Source: Nemertoderma westbladi
Lineage: Eukaryota > Animalia > Xenacoelomorpha
Direction: 5' to 3'
Length of the DNA stretch: 64,000 nucleotides
Assembly (NCBI GenBank): GCA_032718475.1
Contig: JAUCBJ010008062.1
Coordinates: 11,706-75,705 of the forward strand
Part shown: piece by piece, positions 62,923 to 64,000 of the stretch
How positions within the stretch are numbered: position 1 is the first letter of the stretch
Layout of the letters: each line of letters starts with the position of its first letter
Made by a program: the position numbers and the translations under genes
Notes under the pieces: generated by a model
Database searches by the model: none
What the model was told of the DNA's origin: nothing
What the model saw: the letters and a program-made list of their open reading frames with translations, nothing else

Positions 62923-64000
62923 AACCTGTTCCGCATTGAATCCTATTGTAGGAACCGTTGTAACAACTTCCTAACCTGTTCCACATTGAATCCTATTGTA
63001 GGAATGGTTGTAACAACTTCCTAACCTGTTCCGCATTGAATCCTATTGTAGGAACCGTTGTAACAACTTCCTAACCTGTTCCACATTGAATCATAATCCT
63101 ATTGTAGGAACGGTTGTAACAACTTCCTAACCCGTTCCGCATTGAATCCTATTGTAGGAACCGTTGTAACAACTTCCTAACCTGTTCCGCATTGAATCCT
63201 ATTGTAGGAACGGTTGTAACAACTTCCTAACCTGTTCCGCATTGAATCCTATTGTAGGAACCGTTGTAACAACTTCCTAACCTGTTCCACATTGAATCCT
63301 ATTGTAGGAATGGTTGTAACAACTTCCTAACCTGTTCCGCATTGAATCCTATTGTAGAAACCGTTGTAACAACTTCCCAACCTGTTCTTCCTAACCTGTT
63401 CCACATTGAATCCTATTGTAGGAACCGTTGTGACAACTTCCTAACCTGTTCCACATTGAATCCTATTGTAAGAACCGTTGTAACAACTTCCTAACCTGTT
63501 CCACATTGAATCCAATCGTAGGAACCGTTGTAACAACTTCCTAACCTGTTCCACATTGAATCCTATTGTAGGAACCGTTGTAACAACTTCCTAACCTGTT
63601 CCACATTGAATCCTATTGTAGGAACCGTTGTAACAACTTCCTAACCTGTTCCACATTGAATCCTATTGTAGGAACGGTTGTAACAACTTCCTAACCTGTT
63701 CCGCATTGAATCCTATTGTAAGAACGGTTGTAACAACTTCCTAACCTGTTCCGCATTGAATCCTATTGTAGGAACCGTTGTAACAACTTCCTAACCTGTT
63801 CCGTAATGAATCCTATTGTAGGAACGGTTATAACAACTTCCTAACCTGTTACACATTGAATCCTATTGTAGGAATGGTTGTAACAACTTCCTAACCTGTT
63901 CCGCATTGAATCCTATTGTAGGAACGGTTGTAACAACTTCCTAACCTGTTCCACATTGAATCCTATTGTAGGAACCGTTGTAACAACTTCCTAACCTGTT
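62923..64000 (-). repeat. 50-bp tandem array (~21 copies, runs off the window) derived from the Arf switch-I exon end plus splice donor
   Basis: The minus-strand unit ag-GAAGTTGTTACAACGGTTCCTACAATAGGATTCAATGTGGAACAG-gtt translates to EVVTTVPTIGFNVEQ, the Arf segment directly upstream of the exon starting at 62707. Confidence 0.95.

Overview
This is AT-rich, repeat-dense eukaryotic DNA with spliceosomal GT-AG introns, probably from an invertebrate animal; the species cannot be named from sequence alone. Supported genes are an isolated R7-RGS DEP-domain exon, the 3' part of CCDC15, intronless TMEM267, ATPAF2 and NF-YB, a two-exon FBH1/FBXO18, a two-exon PNKD/glyoxalase-II-like metallo-hydrolase, a two-exon BEN-domain gene, and the 3' exons of a divergent Arf GTPase. 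Much of the rest is mobile or tandem DNA: a young 5'-truncated CR1/L2-group LINE, older LINE fragments, tRNA-derived SINEs, TIR elements (8-bp TSD, TTAA/piggyBac-like, Harbinger-like), a 6.3-kb foldback element, four stacked Helitrons and several satellites. Four observations stand out. (1) The 50-bp satellite at the window end is an amplified piece of the Arf switch-I exon including its splice donor, giving about 21 AG/GT-bounded, in-frame 45-nt units. (2) The foldback element is flanked by a 19-bp direct repeat. (3) The Helitron stack carries CTCF-like motifs at a ~146-bp period. (4) One ~45-bp cassette recurs inside several unrelated elements. All calls were made by eye without database searches, so repeat boundaries not tied to a TSD or splice site are approximate.
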